Shown here: positions 50,367-62,178 of the stretch, piece by piece
Layout: each line of letters opens with the position of its first letter
How positions within the stretch are numbered: the stretch's first letter is position 1
From: an uncultured Spirochaetota bacterium
GTDB taxonomy: Bacteria; Spirochaetota; Brevinematia; Brevinematales; JAOACQ01
Length of the DNA stretch: 64,000 nucleotides
Reading direction: 5' to 3'
Assembly: GCA_963783575.1 (NCBI GenBank)
Contig: CAWAOD010000013.1
Coordinates: 32,001-96,000, forward strand
Notes under the pieces: generated by a model
Databases searched by the model: none
What the model saw: only the letters and a program-made list of their open reading frames with translations
Told to the model about the DNA's origin: nothing
Made by a program: the position numbers and the translations under genes

Positions 50367-51509
<1,143 letters not shown>

Positions 51510-51658
51510 TTATATTGAGGGTTTTATTTAACGAAATTGTCATTGAATATATTTCAAGATTGATATCATAAAGATGGGTTAAATTAAAATTAGTTCGATG
51601 GATTATTGAAATAACTATTCTTAACTGAATTCAGCTCGTATAGATATGGTAAAATATG

Positions 51659-52507
51659 TCACATTTCGGTACCATTCCAGACTGAAATATTTTCAAGCAA
51701 ATATATCGATCCGGGAGCCTGAAGTTTGATTATCAGTCCTTTTTCAGATTCATCGATCCAGAAAAAGCCTTCTTTAGAATAGCTTTCCATTAATTTTGCC
51801 AGGAAAGGGTCTGCGCCATAAAATCCAACCTTTCTAGTATTGAATTTACCCGCTTTTGTTTCAATTATCTCTTTGCCTATATATTTAAATCCAATTTCAA
51901 CTGGCATTTTAAGAATATTGGGTATTATCGCATAAACAATGCCAGGAGTTTTCAAGTCAAAAAACCTGGCTCCAAGGAAAATTAATGAACCCATATCCCA
52001 AACCGGAAAGTTAGTTTTGATCTTAATTATGCTGTGCCTTGTCCTAAGGGCATTACCATCCCATACTGTTTCCCAATAACTGGCGATTTGTTTTGTTTTA
52101 TCAATTTGAAGATCGGATTGAACTATGCCTTTTTTATTTTCCAGGATAAAATTGGATAATTCATCGGAATGGTAAGCTATAAGGTTATAATCACTTAAAG
52201 ATACTTTTTTATAATCTGTAAAATTTGTAAAATATCGCGGTATGGGTATTGCGGAACCTTCTGAAAAACGCTGCTGATAAATAGTTACAATATTTTCTTT
52301 ATAATTAATATCATAAACTTGTAAAAGCACATAATCAATTTCATTTCCTGCATATTTTACATATTTTAGATATTCATGGTTCTGTATCAATAATTTTTTA
52401 GGCTTCATCGGCTCCATTTCTATCTTACCCGTCATCGAATAAGTAGAAATAGTAAAGTATGTTATAATTATTGCAACTCTTAATACAATTTTAAAATTGA
52501 AAATCAT
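51659..52507 (-). CDS. Exported hypothetical protein (DUF3108-like C-terminus)
   Basis: Signal peptide; GKEIIETKAGKFNT...FFWIDE; RBS GGAGG. Confidence 0.6.
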   Translation of the reverse strand: MIFNFKIVLRVAIIITYFTISTYSMTGKIEMEPMKPKKLLIQNHEYLKYVKYAGNEIDYVLLQVYDINYKENIVTIYQQRFSEGSAIPIPRYFTNFTDYKKVSLSDYNLIAYHSDELSNFILENKKGIVQSDLQIDKTKQIASYWETVWDGNALRTRHSIIKIKTNFPVWDMGSLIFLGARFFDLKTPGIVYAIIPNILKMPVEIGFKYIGKEIIETKAGKFNTRKVGFYGADPFLAKLMESYSKEGFFWIDESEKGLIIKLQAPGSIYLLENISVWNGTEM

Positions 52508-52585
52508 ATTTTCCTCCAGAATTATTCTGAAGGAAATTTTATCATAGTTTGATAAAAATGATATGTATCGACGGATACAATTTGA

Positions 52586-53512
52586 CTACATCTTTGGATA
52601 CAATTTTATTTGCCTGATCATATTTATTAATTTTATTCTCCCGTTCACTCCTGTTTTTTCATAAATATTATGTACATGCCTTTTAACGGTTCCGGTAGTA
52701 ATAAAAAGCTTATTTCCGATCAATTTATTACTATAACCTTCAAATAATAATATTAAAATATCTTTTTCCCTTTCCGAAATTCCATATTTTTGGCAGAAAA
52801 GACTATAATATTGCCTGATATCTTTGTCCGCTTCCTTAAAAAACAGGTTCTGGACAAAATAATATACTGATAATAAATTCCAGATAAGATATATGGCAGG
52901 ACCTACTCTAAAACTTCCTGGTATTGATGAAAATTTAATTTTATAGTTTAATATTGAATCAATTCCCAACGCAAAAAATATTAGAATACTGGAAATCAAT
53001 AAAGCCCGGCTAAACAATCTTACCTGAATAATTACTATTTTATGGAAATTAATCAAAACCGTTATACAGCTATACAGGCCGGTCATTATCAATAATATAA
53101 ATAAAAAAATATTGGTTAAAGGCATAAATATTTTAACGAAATAGTTTATCATAGTTATAATAAAACATATGATTGACAATATTCCAAAAAATTTGTTCAT
53201 TTTTATTAATTTTAAATATGGAAATAAACTATTCGTAAAGATTGGGACCGCGGCTATAAGGAGTGTTTCTCCAAAAAGGAAGAAAATATCCAGAACTATT
53301 GTTAGATTATCAGGTGATATTTGGTTGATATCAATATAATTTTTAATTGTACTGGATAATATCAGAATTGTGAGAGCTGACAACAATAAAATATAATATT
53401 TAAGTAATTCATTTTTTCTTTTCAGATAAATTAAAATAGAAGCTATTAATACTGTAAATCCGGCTGCAAAAGATAAAATCCAGTAAATCAGAAGTAAATG
53501 TTCCATACCCAT
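52586..53512 (-). CDS. Membrane-bound LuxR-family regulator (multi-TM sensor + C-terminal HTH)
   Basis: About 7 TM segments, then ISEREKDIL...GYSNKLIGNKLFITTGTVKRHVHNIYEKTG. Confidence 0.9.
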   Translation of the reverse strand: MGMEHLLLIYWILSFAAGFTVLIASILIYLKRKNELLKYYILLLSALTILILSSTIKNYIDINQISPDNLTIVLDIFFLFGETLLIAAVPIFTNSLFPYLKLIKMNKFFGILSIICFIITMINYFVKIFMPLTNIFLFILLIMTGLYSCITVLINFHKIVIIQVRLFSRALLISSILIFFALGIDSILNYKIKFSSIPGSFRVGPAIYLIWNLLSVYYFVQNLFFKEADKDIRQYYSLFCQKYGISEREKDILILLFEGYSNKLIGNKLFITTGTVKRHVHNIYEKTGVNGRIKLINMIRQIKLYPKM

Positions 53513-53815
53513 CCTTACTTTTTATCATAAATATTATAATCTTCAAAAATAATTCATGCAACAGGGTTTTGAAATTTATCAATATTTTAGTAGAGCCAAT
53601 AATTATAAAAATATACAATATTCACTAATTAACCGGATTTTATTTTATAGATATTTTCCCATTTCTTTGTTTTATGATTATTATTAATTAGACAGTATTA
53701 TATATTTTATTAATGAAAAATAAATCGAAATTAAAAATTCACCATTATCATAATATTTTTAGTTATTGCTTTTTATCTGTTTGTTTTATCTATGATGCTT
53801 TTACAGGAGGTATCT

Positions 53816-54322
53816 ATGATTTTAACGAACATGATAATAAGCACTATTTTATCTCTTCAGGATTTCAATTCTAACGGTTTTTTCAAAAACAATTCATTTG
53901 ATAGCATGTTTTCGAATAAGATAATTGTTTCAGATCAAAATGATTTGCATAATAATAGTATGTTCAACAATGACGTTCAGCTTGAGAAGATTATATATTA
54001 TTTAAAATCGGTTAACCTTATTTATGAGGATATTTATGATTACACCAAGCCTAATTTATACAAAAGGTACTCATATAACGGCAGTAATTATATCTCACAT
54101 GAATTAAATCCTATTGCAAATTTATTTTTTAAGAATAATTTGTGGGATCTGGCATTTGTAAGCGCTAATTTATTTAATTATATGATTTATAATGTGGATG
54201 CCATATCTTATTTCTATGCAGTGGGATTAAATATAGCGGAAATTTTTGCAATATCTTCATGGAGTCCTCTTGCAACCGCTGAAATAAACGTTTATACTCC
54301 GGTATTCATCTATATGTTTTAA
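53816..54322 (+). CDS. Hypothetical protein
   Basis: RBS AGGAGG before ATG 53816; ELNP motif then a hydrophobic C-terminus ending in Phe. Confidence 0.6.
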   Translation: MILTNMIISTILSLQDFNSNGFFKNNSFDSMFSNKIIVSDQNDLHNNSMFNNDVQLEKIIYYLKSVNLIYEDIYDYTKPNLYKRYSYNGSNYISHELNPIANLFFKNNLWDLAFVSANLFNYMIYNVDAISYFYAVGLNIAEIFAISSWSPLATAEINVYTPVFIYMF

Positions 54323-54381
54323 AAATCTGTTAATTTAATAATAAGATAGTATAATTCAAAATTTTCAATTAAATTTTATCT

Positions 54382-54410
54382 TTGACTAATATTCAACAGC
54401 AGTATAGAAT
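54382..54410 (+). promoter_or_regulatory. Putative sigma70 promoter of the second MCP
   Basis: TTGACT-17-TAGAAT. Confidence 0.55.
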
Positions 54411-54476
54411 ATTTATCATAAAGGAATAATAGTAATTTAAAAAATAATTTTATTACTATTTGAAGGCGGTTTTCAA

Positions 54477-56180
54477 ATGGATGGTTTAAATCAGGATATT
54501 ATTTTTCAATCCAGGATAAAAGCGGAGAAATTAGTGGCATATATCCGTGTAATACTTGTTTTGATATTCCTGATTATTGCCGTAATGATATTGTTTAATA
54601 TTAAGGCTCAGGGTTTATCCGATTCTGAGGTAGTAAGAAACAATATAATTGAGTTTGCGGCCATAATCAGTTCTATTATTGTAACGGCAGTATCTTTTTA
54701 TTTTTTATTGAAAAACAAATATTCCATCCTTATGAGCTTCCTTCTGATTACTCATGATATTATTATTTTAACTGTTGTAGATTATGTGCTCAGTATTAAC
54801 GCGCCTTTTCTATCATTAACCACGGGCTTAATAACCGCCATGGTTATGATTGTTGTTTTATCGGGGCTGCGTTATTCCTTTGGGCTCTCGCTTTATTCTG
54901 GGATTTTGGCTTCTCTTGGATATTTAATTGTAATTATTATTAACGGCTCGGACATAATAAGGATTTTCGGGCAAAATATATCTGTTTTTACAGGAATAGG
55001 CCATGCAGGGAAAAATGTAAATATTTATTTTGATATGGATGATATAACGATCCATTTTATTTTATTTAATATTATAGGTTATGCAACTGGAAAAATCGCT
55101 TCAAACAGTAAAAAATTGATTTACGAACAGGCCGAACTGGCTTCCAAACACAGCAGCCTGCAAAATGCTTTTATTGAAAATTCACAGACATCTATAGAAG
55201 CAAATTCCAGAAGCACTCAATCCCTTCAGGATTCCATAGAAATCTTCGATCAAAGAATGGGAAGCCTGATAAGAATACTTGAAAACATTTCTAGTAATTC
55301 CCGGCTGCAAAACGAGTATATCTCCGATTCAGTACTTCAGTTAAGCAGGATTGACGAATCTTTTATAAGAATTGACAGTGAGGTTACAAATCAGTCAGGC
55401 AGTATAAATATTGTATCGGAAAAGATAGCACGCCTTGCTTCAAATATTAGTGAAATAAACAGATCGACTATTGCAGCAAAAGAAGAATCGAAAATTCTGG
55501 CAGATACTGCGCACAGCGGACAGGATACGGTTAAAGAATCTATTTCCGCGGTTAAAGATATTGAAAAAGATTCAAAACAAATTGAAACAATTATTAAATT
55601 AATTACAGATATATCGGATACAACAAATATCTTATCGATGAACGCCGCAATTGAAGCGGCAAATTCAGGCTCATCCGGCAAAGGATTCGCAATAATTGCA
55701 GGAGAGATTCGCAAACTGGCCATCAACTCATCGCAGAATGCAAAGCAGATCAAAGATATAATCAACAGGATCATTCACAAGATAATTGCCGCCGCGGCTT
55801 TATCAGAGGATGTGGGCGCTTTAATACAGAAAATACTTCAGGGCATTGATTCCGTAGATAATTTGATACTTTCAATATCCGGATCAGCCCAATCCCAGTC
55901 GGAAACTGCTTCAATAATTGAAAATAACGCAGGCGAGATAGTCAAGAAAACAGAGGCAATAAAAGAGAACATCAAGATTGAAAGAGGCATTTCAAATAAT
56001 ATAATAGAAAAAGTAAAAGATGTTAAAAAAATTGCCGATCAAACTGAAGAGGAAGTTCGTAATGAAGTTGAACTTAGCAAAGATATAAATATTACGGTAA
56101 AAAAGATATCTGAAATCGTAAGTGAAAACAGGAAGCTGGCGGTTAAATTGAAAGAGAATTTAAGCACTTATAATCTATAA
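54477..56180 (+). CDS. Methyl-accepting chemotaxis protein with multi-TM N-terminal domain
   Basis: TNILSMNAAIEAANSG..GKGFAIIAGEIRKLA. Confidence 0.92.
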   Translation: MDGLNQDIIFQSRIKAEKLVAYIRVILVLIFLIIAVMILFNIKAQGLSDSEVVRNNIIEFAAIISSIIVTAVSFYFLLKNKYSILMSFLLITHDIIILTVVDYVLSINAPFLSLTTGLITAMVMIVVLSGLRYSFGLSLYSGILASLGYLIVIIINGSDIIRIFGQNISVFTGIGHAGKNVNIYFDMDDITIHFILFNIIGYATGKIASNSKKLIYEQAELASKHSSLQNAFIENSQTSIEANSRSTQSLQDSIEIFDQRMGSLIRILENISSNSRLQNEYISDSVLQLSRIDESFIRIDSEVTNQSGSINIVSEKIARLASNISEINRSTIAAKEESKILADTAHSGQDTVKESISAVKDIEKDSKQIETIIKLITDISDTTNILSMNAAIEAANSGSSGKGFAIIAGEIRKLAINSSQNAKQIKDIINRIIHKIIAAAALSEDVGALIQKILQGIDSVDNLILSISGSAQSQSETASIIENNAGEIVKKTEAIKENIKIERGISNNIIEKVKDVKKIADQTEEEVRNEVELSKDINITVKKISEIVSENRKLAVKLKENLSTYNL

Positions 56181-56252
56181 ATTAAAATAATTATTCCCGC
56201 AGGTTCTTTTATTTCTGCATGTTCGAAGCTCTAAAAACCATCTGGATGTTTT

Positions 56253-56900
56253 ATGTTTTTTGGAAATCTAAATAATAATATTCCGGCTGTCATGATCTTG
56301 CGGCATGCCGAACGGTTTACCGTTGACAATATTTATAATCATAAAGAGATACTGCTGACTGATAAAGGTATTTACGATTCGCTATCGCTTGGGAAAGAAA
56401 TTAAAAAACATTTCACAAAAATAAAAATATATCATACTCCTGTTAAAAGATGTAAGCAAACAGCTTATTATATCGCCCTGGGAATCGATGCTGATATAGA
56501 AATAGAGGAGTTAAATTTACTTGATGATGCCGGTTATTTTTATAAATATGATGAAATTGTAGAAATTATAAAAGAAAACGGCCCGGCGGGATTTGCCGAA
56601 AAATGGTGTAATAGGGAACTATCAAACGAAATAATTATTCCATATGACAAATTGTCTATGTTTCAGCTTAATTTATTATTAGATCAATTGAAACAAAATT
56701 TTGATTTAGTCATAAATGTAGTTCATGATTGGAATATTTATGCTTTATTAAAATTTTATTTTAAATTATCAATTGAAGAGATCGGCGTTCCCCCTTATTT
56801 ATCCGGGATAATTCTTTATAAGAACGAAACGGGAGAAATTTGTATGCAATATTCCGAAAAACCGGATATCATCAAGCTGCCGCATCCGGGAAAGGCTTAA
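56253..56900 (+). CDS. Histidine phosphatase superfamily protein
   Basis: LRHAER, LTDKG, TPVKRCKQTA, VVHD. Confidence 0.85.
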   Translation: MFFGNLNNNIPAVMILRHAERFTVDNIYNHKEILLTDKGIYDSLSLGKEIKKHFTKIKIYHTPVKRCKQTAYYIALGIDADIEIEELNLLDDAGYFYKYDEIVEIIKENGPAGFAEKWCNRELSNEIIIPYDKLSMFQLNLLLDQLKQNFDLVINVVHDWNIYALLKFYFKLSIEEIGVPPYLSGIILYKNETGEICMQYSEKPDIIKLPHPGKA

Positions 56901-56901
56901 T

Positions 56902-58239
56902 ATGGACAATAAAAAGATTCCTTTAACGGATATTGAATTATTTTGTTTAAAGCTGCATCAGCACCTGCCTTTTCATGTAATAATAAGTGTGAATTTTGAC
57001 GGCAATTTTGATTTGGGATCACTGGAAAAAGCCGTTAAGATTGTAAAAGACCGTCATCCTTACCTTAACTATAATATAGAGTTTGAAGATTCTGTCCCTT
57101 ATTTTAATTATTATCCCGATGTGCCGATAAAAATAAGTTTTTTTAGCGGCAATTATGAGACCTGGATATCTCTCTGTGAAAATGAAATGAATAATCCGAT
57201 TGATGTTTCTATAGCGCCGTTATTCCGAATATCATTGCTTAATAGAGGAAGCAATAATTATGATTTAATTATTAATATTTCACATATTATTTCGGATGGA
57301 ATATGCGTCCTCAATTTTGTTAAAGATATAATATTTGTTTTGAATAAATCATTAAACAATGAAATTATCGGATTAAAGCCTTTTAATTTATTAAGGCCAT
57401 CGCTGAATTTGTATCCGGATATTACAAAAGGAAATACTTCAATCGTTATCGACAAATGGTATTCATCGGGTTTTATATTAAATACAATAAATAATAGCTC
57501 AAATTCACTTCAAAATAATAATACAATTTCTTTACCGAAAGAATTGAGAAGATCAAAATTAATAAATTATATTTTCTCGGGAAAAGAAACAGTAAATATT
57601 ATCCAAAAATGCAAAAATAAGAACTTATCCGTCAATTCTTTACTTGCCACAGCATTGATCTTTTCCCTGCGGGATTATTGTTATAAAAACGGTCATGGAT
57701 TTTCACGGATTAAAAGTAATTCCGGCATAAATATCAGGGACTGTTTGAGAGATATTAAAATTCCGGCCCGGCAGTTCGGTGCCTGGGCAGGCTATGGATA
57801 TATTTATGCTGATTTGTATGAAACTGCGGACCCGGCGAATTTTGCAATTTCATACGGAAAGATATTATCCGATAGTATAAAAAACAGCGTCCCTTTTTAC
57901 ACGATAAAAAATCTCGCGGATAATTCTTTGATGAAATCATTTAACGAATATGCTCCGAAACATACTGAAAATCTCCCATACGCCATTCTAACAAATCTGG
58001 GAAAAATTACAATGGATGAGAAGGAAGGCAAGCAGAATAAAATCAGGGTAAATTACTATAATTTTATGACGCCTATGCATAGAAACTGGAATAATGACTT
58101 GGGTTTTGGGGTTTGTTCCTCTTCATTTAACAATGAATTAAATTTAAATTTTATCTATATGGAACCGTTTTGGACAAAAAATAAGGCTTATAAGTTCATT
58201 TCAGAATTCTTATATTATATTTATTTTATATGCTGTTAA
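56902..58239 (+). CDS. Stand-alone condensation-domain / CoA-dependent acyltransferase (PapA5/AATase-like)
   Basis: RHPYL, PLFRISL, HxxxDG as SHIISDG, LSVNSLL, TNLG. Confidence 0.8.
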   Translation: MDNKKIPLTDIELFCLKLHQHLPFHVIISVNFDGNFDLGSLEKAVKIVKDRHPYLNYNIEFEDSVPYFNYYPDVPIKISFFSGNYETWISLCENEMNNPIDVSIAPLFRISLLNRGSNNYDLIINISHIISDGICVLNFVKDIIFVLNKSLNNEIIGLKPFNLLRPSLNLYPDITKGNTSIVIDKWYSSGFILNTINNSSNSLQNNNTISLPKELRRSKLINYIFSGKETVNIIQKCKNKNLSVNSLLATALIFSLRDYCYKNGHGFSRIKSNSGINIRDCLRDIKIPARQFGAWAGYGYIYADLYETADPANFAISYGKILSDSIKNSVPFYTIKNLADNSLMKSFNEYAPKHTENLPYAILTNLGKITMDEKEGKQNKIRVNYYNFMTPMHRNWNNDLGFGVCSSSFNNELNLNFIYMEPFWTKNKAYKFISEFLYYIYFICC

Positions 58240-58250
58240 TATTTTGTTTT

Positions 58251-59027
58251 TTAATTTATTTTTCTGTTTTCACCGGCAAGATAACCGCCGTCAATCGGCA
58301 GAGCCAGCCCTGTCAGATACGAAGCTTCATCACTGCAAAGCCATGCTACTGCATTTGCGATATCCTCAACTTCCCCAAGCCGGTTTAATGGATTCAACCC
58401 TGCCCTGATTTTTTTTAAAGCCGGATCTTTATCATATGTTTTATCCGTCATTTCAGTATTTATAAAGCCGGGGCAGATTACGTTAATTCGAATCCCTGAA
58501 TCGGCATATTCAAGCGCCGCCGCCTTGGACAAACCTACTACTCCGAACTTACTTGCCACATAAGCTCCAATATTTTTTACCGCGTATAATCCGGCCGCAG
58601 ATGAATTATTGATTATTACCCCGCCATTATTCTCAAGCATTTGACTGATTTCATATTTCATGCAGAGCCAGACGCCTTTTAAATTTATATCAATTACATT
58701 ATCCCAGTTTTCTTCAGTCGAATCCGAAATCATGGCTTTTTTTGAACTTATGCCGGCGTTATTAAACGCATAATCGATACGGCCAAATTTATCCGTAATT
58801 TTTATGAACATATTTCTTACATCTTCATCTTTTGAAACATCGCACCTGAAAAAAACGCCTTCGGCCTCAAAAGCAATAATGTTTTTTAAAACTTCATCCC
58901 CTTTTTCTTCGTTTCTTCCGCAAATGATAACAATAGCCCCTTCTTTTGCAAACTTTAATGCGGTAGCTTTACCCATACCGGATGTTCCCCCGGTTATCAG
59001 AGCGACTTTATTTAGAAACCTTTTCAT
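58251..59027 (-). CDS. Classical short-chain dehydrogenase/reductase
   Basis: TGGTSGMG, NNAG, YVASK, PGFINT. Confidence 0.95.
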   Translation of the reverse strand: MKRFLNKVALITGGTSGMGKATALKFAKEGAIVIICGRNEEKGDEVLKNIIAFEAEGVFFRCDVSKDEDVRNMFIKITDKFGRIDYAFNNAGISSKKAMISDSTEENWDNVIDINLKGVWLCMKYEISQMLENNGGVIINNSSAAGLYAVKNIGAYVASKFGVVGLSKAAALEYADSGIRINVICPGFINTEMTDKTYDKDPALKKIRAGLNPLNRLGEVEDIANAVAWLCSDEASYLTGLALPIDGGYLAGENRKIN

Positions 59028-59055
59028 TTTAACCTGCCTTAATCTAATTTGTCTA

Positions 59056-59781
59056 TCATTTTAAATGCGCTCCGCCGTCAAGATATATAATATTTCCGGT
59101 CATATATTGATTTTTTAATAAGGAATCAACCATTTGCGTTATGTCATCAATCTCGCAAATTCTCTTTAAAGGAATAGATTTTTCAATTGAATTGATATAT
59201 TCCTTTTTTTCTTCAGGGGATTTATATTTCCTCATTGGTGTGTCGACCCATCCCGGAGAAATGGCGTTAATCCTTACCGGAGCGATTTCTAATGCCATTC
59301 CTTTTACAAAACAATCGATGGCCGCATTTATTGCCGCCAGTGTAATGGAACCGATCTGCGGTTTAACTCCATAAACTCCCGAAAAGAGGACGATTGAGCC
59401 GTTTTGTTTAATCTTTTCGGTTCCATATTTTACAGCCATAACCTGGCCCCAGAATTTTGTCTGGAACGCATTTTGCATATCGGGAATTGTTAAATCTTTC
59501 AATAATCCGGTAACATACTGAAACGAGGTAAAAATTAGAAAATCATATTCATCGATTGTTGAAAAGAAATTCTTAATTTCATATTCATTCTGTACATTAA
59601 CTTTAAAGATAGAAATATCGCTGCCGATTTCATTTTTTATTTTTTCTAAATTCTCAGTATTATGAGAAGCCGCTAAGATTTTAGCTTTCTTTGAAAATAA
59701 ATACCGTACAATCCCGTAACCTATGCCGGATGTTCCGCCGAATATTATTACTTTTTTATCTTTATAAAAATCGTCAGCCAT
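59056..59781 (-). CDS. Atypical SDR (no YxxxK)
   Basis: GGTSGIG, TKFWG, ALEIAPVRINAISPG.VDTP; LAAIN at the catalytic position. Confidence 0.9.
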   Translation of the reverse strand: MADDFYKDKKVIIFGGTSGIGYGIVRYLFSKKAKILAASHNTENLEKIKNEIGSDISIFKVNVQNEYEIKNFFSTIDEYDFLIFTSFQYVTGLLKDLTIPDMQNAFQTKFWGQVMAVKYGTEKIKQNGSIVLFSGVYGVKPQIGSITLAAINAAIDCFVKGMALEIAPVRINAISPGWVDTPMRKYKSPEEKKEYINSIEKSIPLKRICEIDDITQMVDSLLKNQYMTGNIIYLDGGAHLK

Positions 59782-60055
59782 TTTTAATTTCTCCTCTCAC
59801 CCAACAATACAATATTATATTCGATTGCAGTAATACTGTCAAAATATGAATTTGGATATACTAATTTTATGTTTACTCAATCGCTTTATTATAAAATGCA
59901 GTTTTTATTAGAAATTAAGTAAATTTATTATTTCAGTAACTCAGGGATTAAATCTTTTATAAAATTAGTCTTGACATTAAAATATTTTTAATTAAAATAA
60001 TTAAAAAAGTTAGAATTAGAAATATTAAAGTATTATTATATATCGGGGGTTTTTT

Positions 60056-61159
60056 ATGATTATGAAGAAAGTAAGTAAAAGGAAATTTATTAATCGGATC
60101 AATGTTGCTATTGCAACAGTAATATTTGTATTGATTTCCGGATGTGCCGATCCCAGTATAGAAATGCAAAAAAGTTTAAGCGCTAAAGCAAAAACCATAA
60201 ATGAAGGATTCATAAAAGTGAAGGTAAACGCAATACGAGTAGCCGATCTTGTAAGTAATAAATCAAGCGGGTTTAATCAAAATGCAATTGATCTTTCAGT
60301 TCTTGAATCAGAGCGGACCGGAGGCTACAAACTTTTTAATAAATTTATGTACATTAATGCAAAAAATAATGATAATGTATTTGTCTGTACATATTCAGGA
60401 AAATCAAAATATACGGAAGGGAATACTTCATATTTATTCGGAAAGAAAATATGCGCGTATTTCTGGAAAGAAATAATGAATGAATTTTTACCGATTGTTA
60501 AGGATAAAGCGGAATATGTTACCGGGAATAGTATCTTTTTGCAGGATATTTTTAATGGCAGTGGAGATTTTTATGTTTGTTCATCTCCATGGCAGGACTT
60601 TGCATCTTTAATTCCACCCGGAATACCTGATATTCATATTTTTGACTGGTTTAATATAATTACTCCTGAAAAAGATCCTGATCGAAGTCCCAGATGGACA
60701 CCCGAACCGTTTGTTTCAATCGGGGCACAGGGTGAAGGTGGATGGATTCAAACTGTTTCAGTCCCTATCTATTTAAAAGATGGGAGATTCTTTGGAGATT
60801 CCACAAGTGATATGCTTATAATACCTTTTACAAAAGTATATTTTGATAATGAGAAGAAAGCGATGCTTATGTTATCGCATAACATGTTACCTATTTCATT
60901 AACAAAGGCTGCTGAAGATATAATAGGGGTAAAAGGAATTGTAGATTATTATTACTTAAATCAATTAATTAAAAATCCAAAGGCTGCGGATAACGCATAT
61001 TTTACCCATGTTTCTCAACCTGAAGATATAAAAGAATTGGCAGGTAAAATTTCCGGCAACTCGAAATTTGAACAAAAAGTAAAAGGGAAGACATATATTT
61101 TCATTGTAGAAAAAATTCCCGAAGTAAATTCCTATCTTTTAGGTATTGTTAATAAATAA
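60056..61159 (+). CDS. Lipoprotein consisting of a Cache-like extracytoplasmic domain
   Basis: Lipobox ISGC; DWF...PRWTPEPF...WIQTVSVPIY..GRFFG...D pattern typical of dCache domains. Confidence 0.6.
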   Translation: MIMKKVSKRKFINRINVAIATVIFVLISGCADPSIEMQKSLSAKAKTINEGFIKVKVNAIRVADLVSNKSSGFNQNAIDLSVLESERTGGYKLFNKFMYINAKNNDNVFVCTYSGKSKYTEGNTSYLFGKKICAYFWKEIMNEFLPIVKDKAEYVTGNSIFLQDIFNGSGDFYVCSSPWQDFASLIPPGIPDIHIFDWFNIITPEKDPDRSPRWTPEPFVSIGAQGEGGWIQTVSVPIYLKDGRFFGDSTSDMLIIPFTKVYFDNEKKAMLMLSHNMLPISLTKAAEDIIGVKGIVDYYYLNQLIKNPKAADNAYFTHVSQPEDIKELAGKISGNSKFEQKVKGKTYIFIVEKIPEVNSYLLGIVNK

Positions 61160-61196
61160 TTTGTTTCCGGATAAATCTGTAAAACTTACGGGAATT

Positions 61197-61547
61197 TCAG
61201 CCCATGAAATTCATAGCTTCCTCCATGGAATAGGAATTCCCGAAATACTGCATTAATCCAACCAGTTCAAATACTCTTCGTATCTCCGGCTTCAAATTGA
61301 TAAAGCAAATTTTACCGCCTTTATTAGTATATTTTTCATATAAATCCATAAACACACCAATCCCGGCACTGGAAACATATTCTAATTTTGTAACATCAAA
61401 AATAAATTTCTTACAGTTGTTTTTTGAAATCATATTTCCGATCTGTTCAACCAAATCATCCGATGTATCCATATTAATATAACCTTCCAGTATTACAAAA
61501 GCCACTTCATTTTCAACTTTTCCTATAAATTTTAATTCTTCCTGCAC
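61197..61547 (-). CDS. STAS-domain anti-sigma factor antagonist
   Basis: LEYVSSAGIG, IRRVFELVG; GTG start with RBS GGAGG. Confidence 0.93.
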   Translation of the reverse strand: MQEELKFIGKVENEVAFVILEGYINMDTSDDLVEQIGNMISKNNCKKFIFDVTKLEYVSSAGIGVFMDLYEKYTNKGGKICFINLKPEIRRVFELVGLMQYFGNSYSMEEAMNFMG

Positions 61548-61562
61548 ACTGAGCCTCCAATA

Positions 61563-62126
61563 TTAAAAAGTCTTTATCATTGTGATCCGGTTATATTCAC
61601 CGTGTCTCACTTCATATTTCACATCATCCATAAGCTTTCGGATCAGATATATTCCTATGCCTCCATGAGTTTCTTTTACTTTTTCTTTCAACTCCTCATG
61701 TGACGAGTAATTTCCTTTGTTTCCCAGCTTAAATTTTCTTCCTTTTTCGCCAAAATCATCAATATTGATAATTATTTTTGAAGAATAAAGAATAAACTGG
61801 AATTTAATGATTAATTCATCATCATTATGATAAGAATGCTCGTAAATATTGGCAATTGCTTCTTCAATAGATATTAAAATATCGTTGAGTATAACACTAT
61901 TTGGCATTAAAAGTGAAAGGACTTCATTGACTCTTTTTTTAATAAAACCTAATCTGATAGGCCGGGGAAAATCTTTAGTGGAAAAAACAATAGAAATTGA
62001 TGAATTCTCAATACAGGCCCTATTAAAGCTTTCTTTAATTTTGTTTTTTGTTTTATCATCCAGTACAAAATCTGTAGATTCCGATTCCTTCTGAAGTTTT
62101 TTGAAAAGTTTATATTTTACACTCAT
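61563..62126 (-). CDS. RsbW/SpoIIAB-like anti-sigma Ser/Thr kinase
   Basis: EEAIANIYEHSY, IDDFG, GGIGIYLIRKLMDDVKY; ATG 62126 with RBS GGAG. Confidence 0.9.
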   Translation of the reverse strand: MSVKYKLFKKLQKESESTDFVLDDKTKNKIKESFNRACIENSSISIVFSTKDFPRPIRLGFIKKRVNEVLSLLMPNSVILNDILISIEEAIANIYEHSYHNDDELIIKFQFILYSSKIIINIDDFGEKGRKFKLGNKGNYSSHEELKEKVKETHGGIGIYLIRKLMDDVKYEVRHGEYNRITMIKTF

Positions 62127-62178
62127 CCGAATCTCCACAAAATTAATAATGAATCAATAATCGAAAAATATTTTCTTC

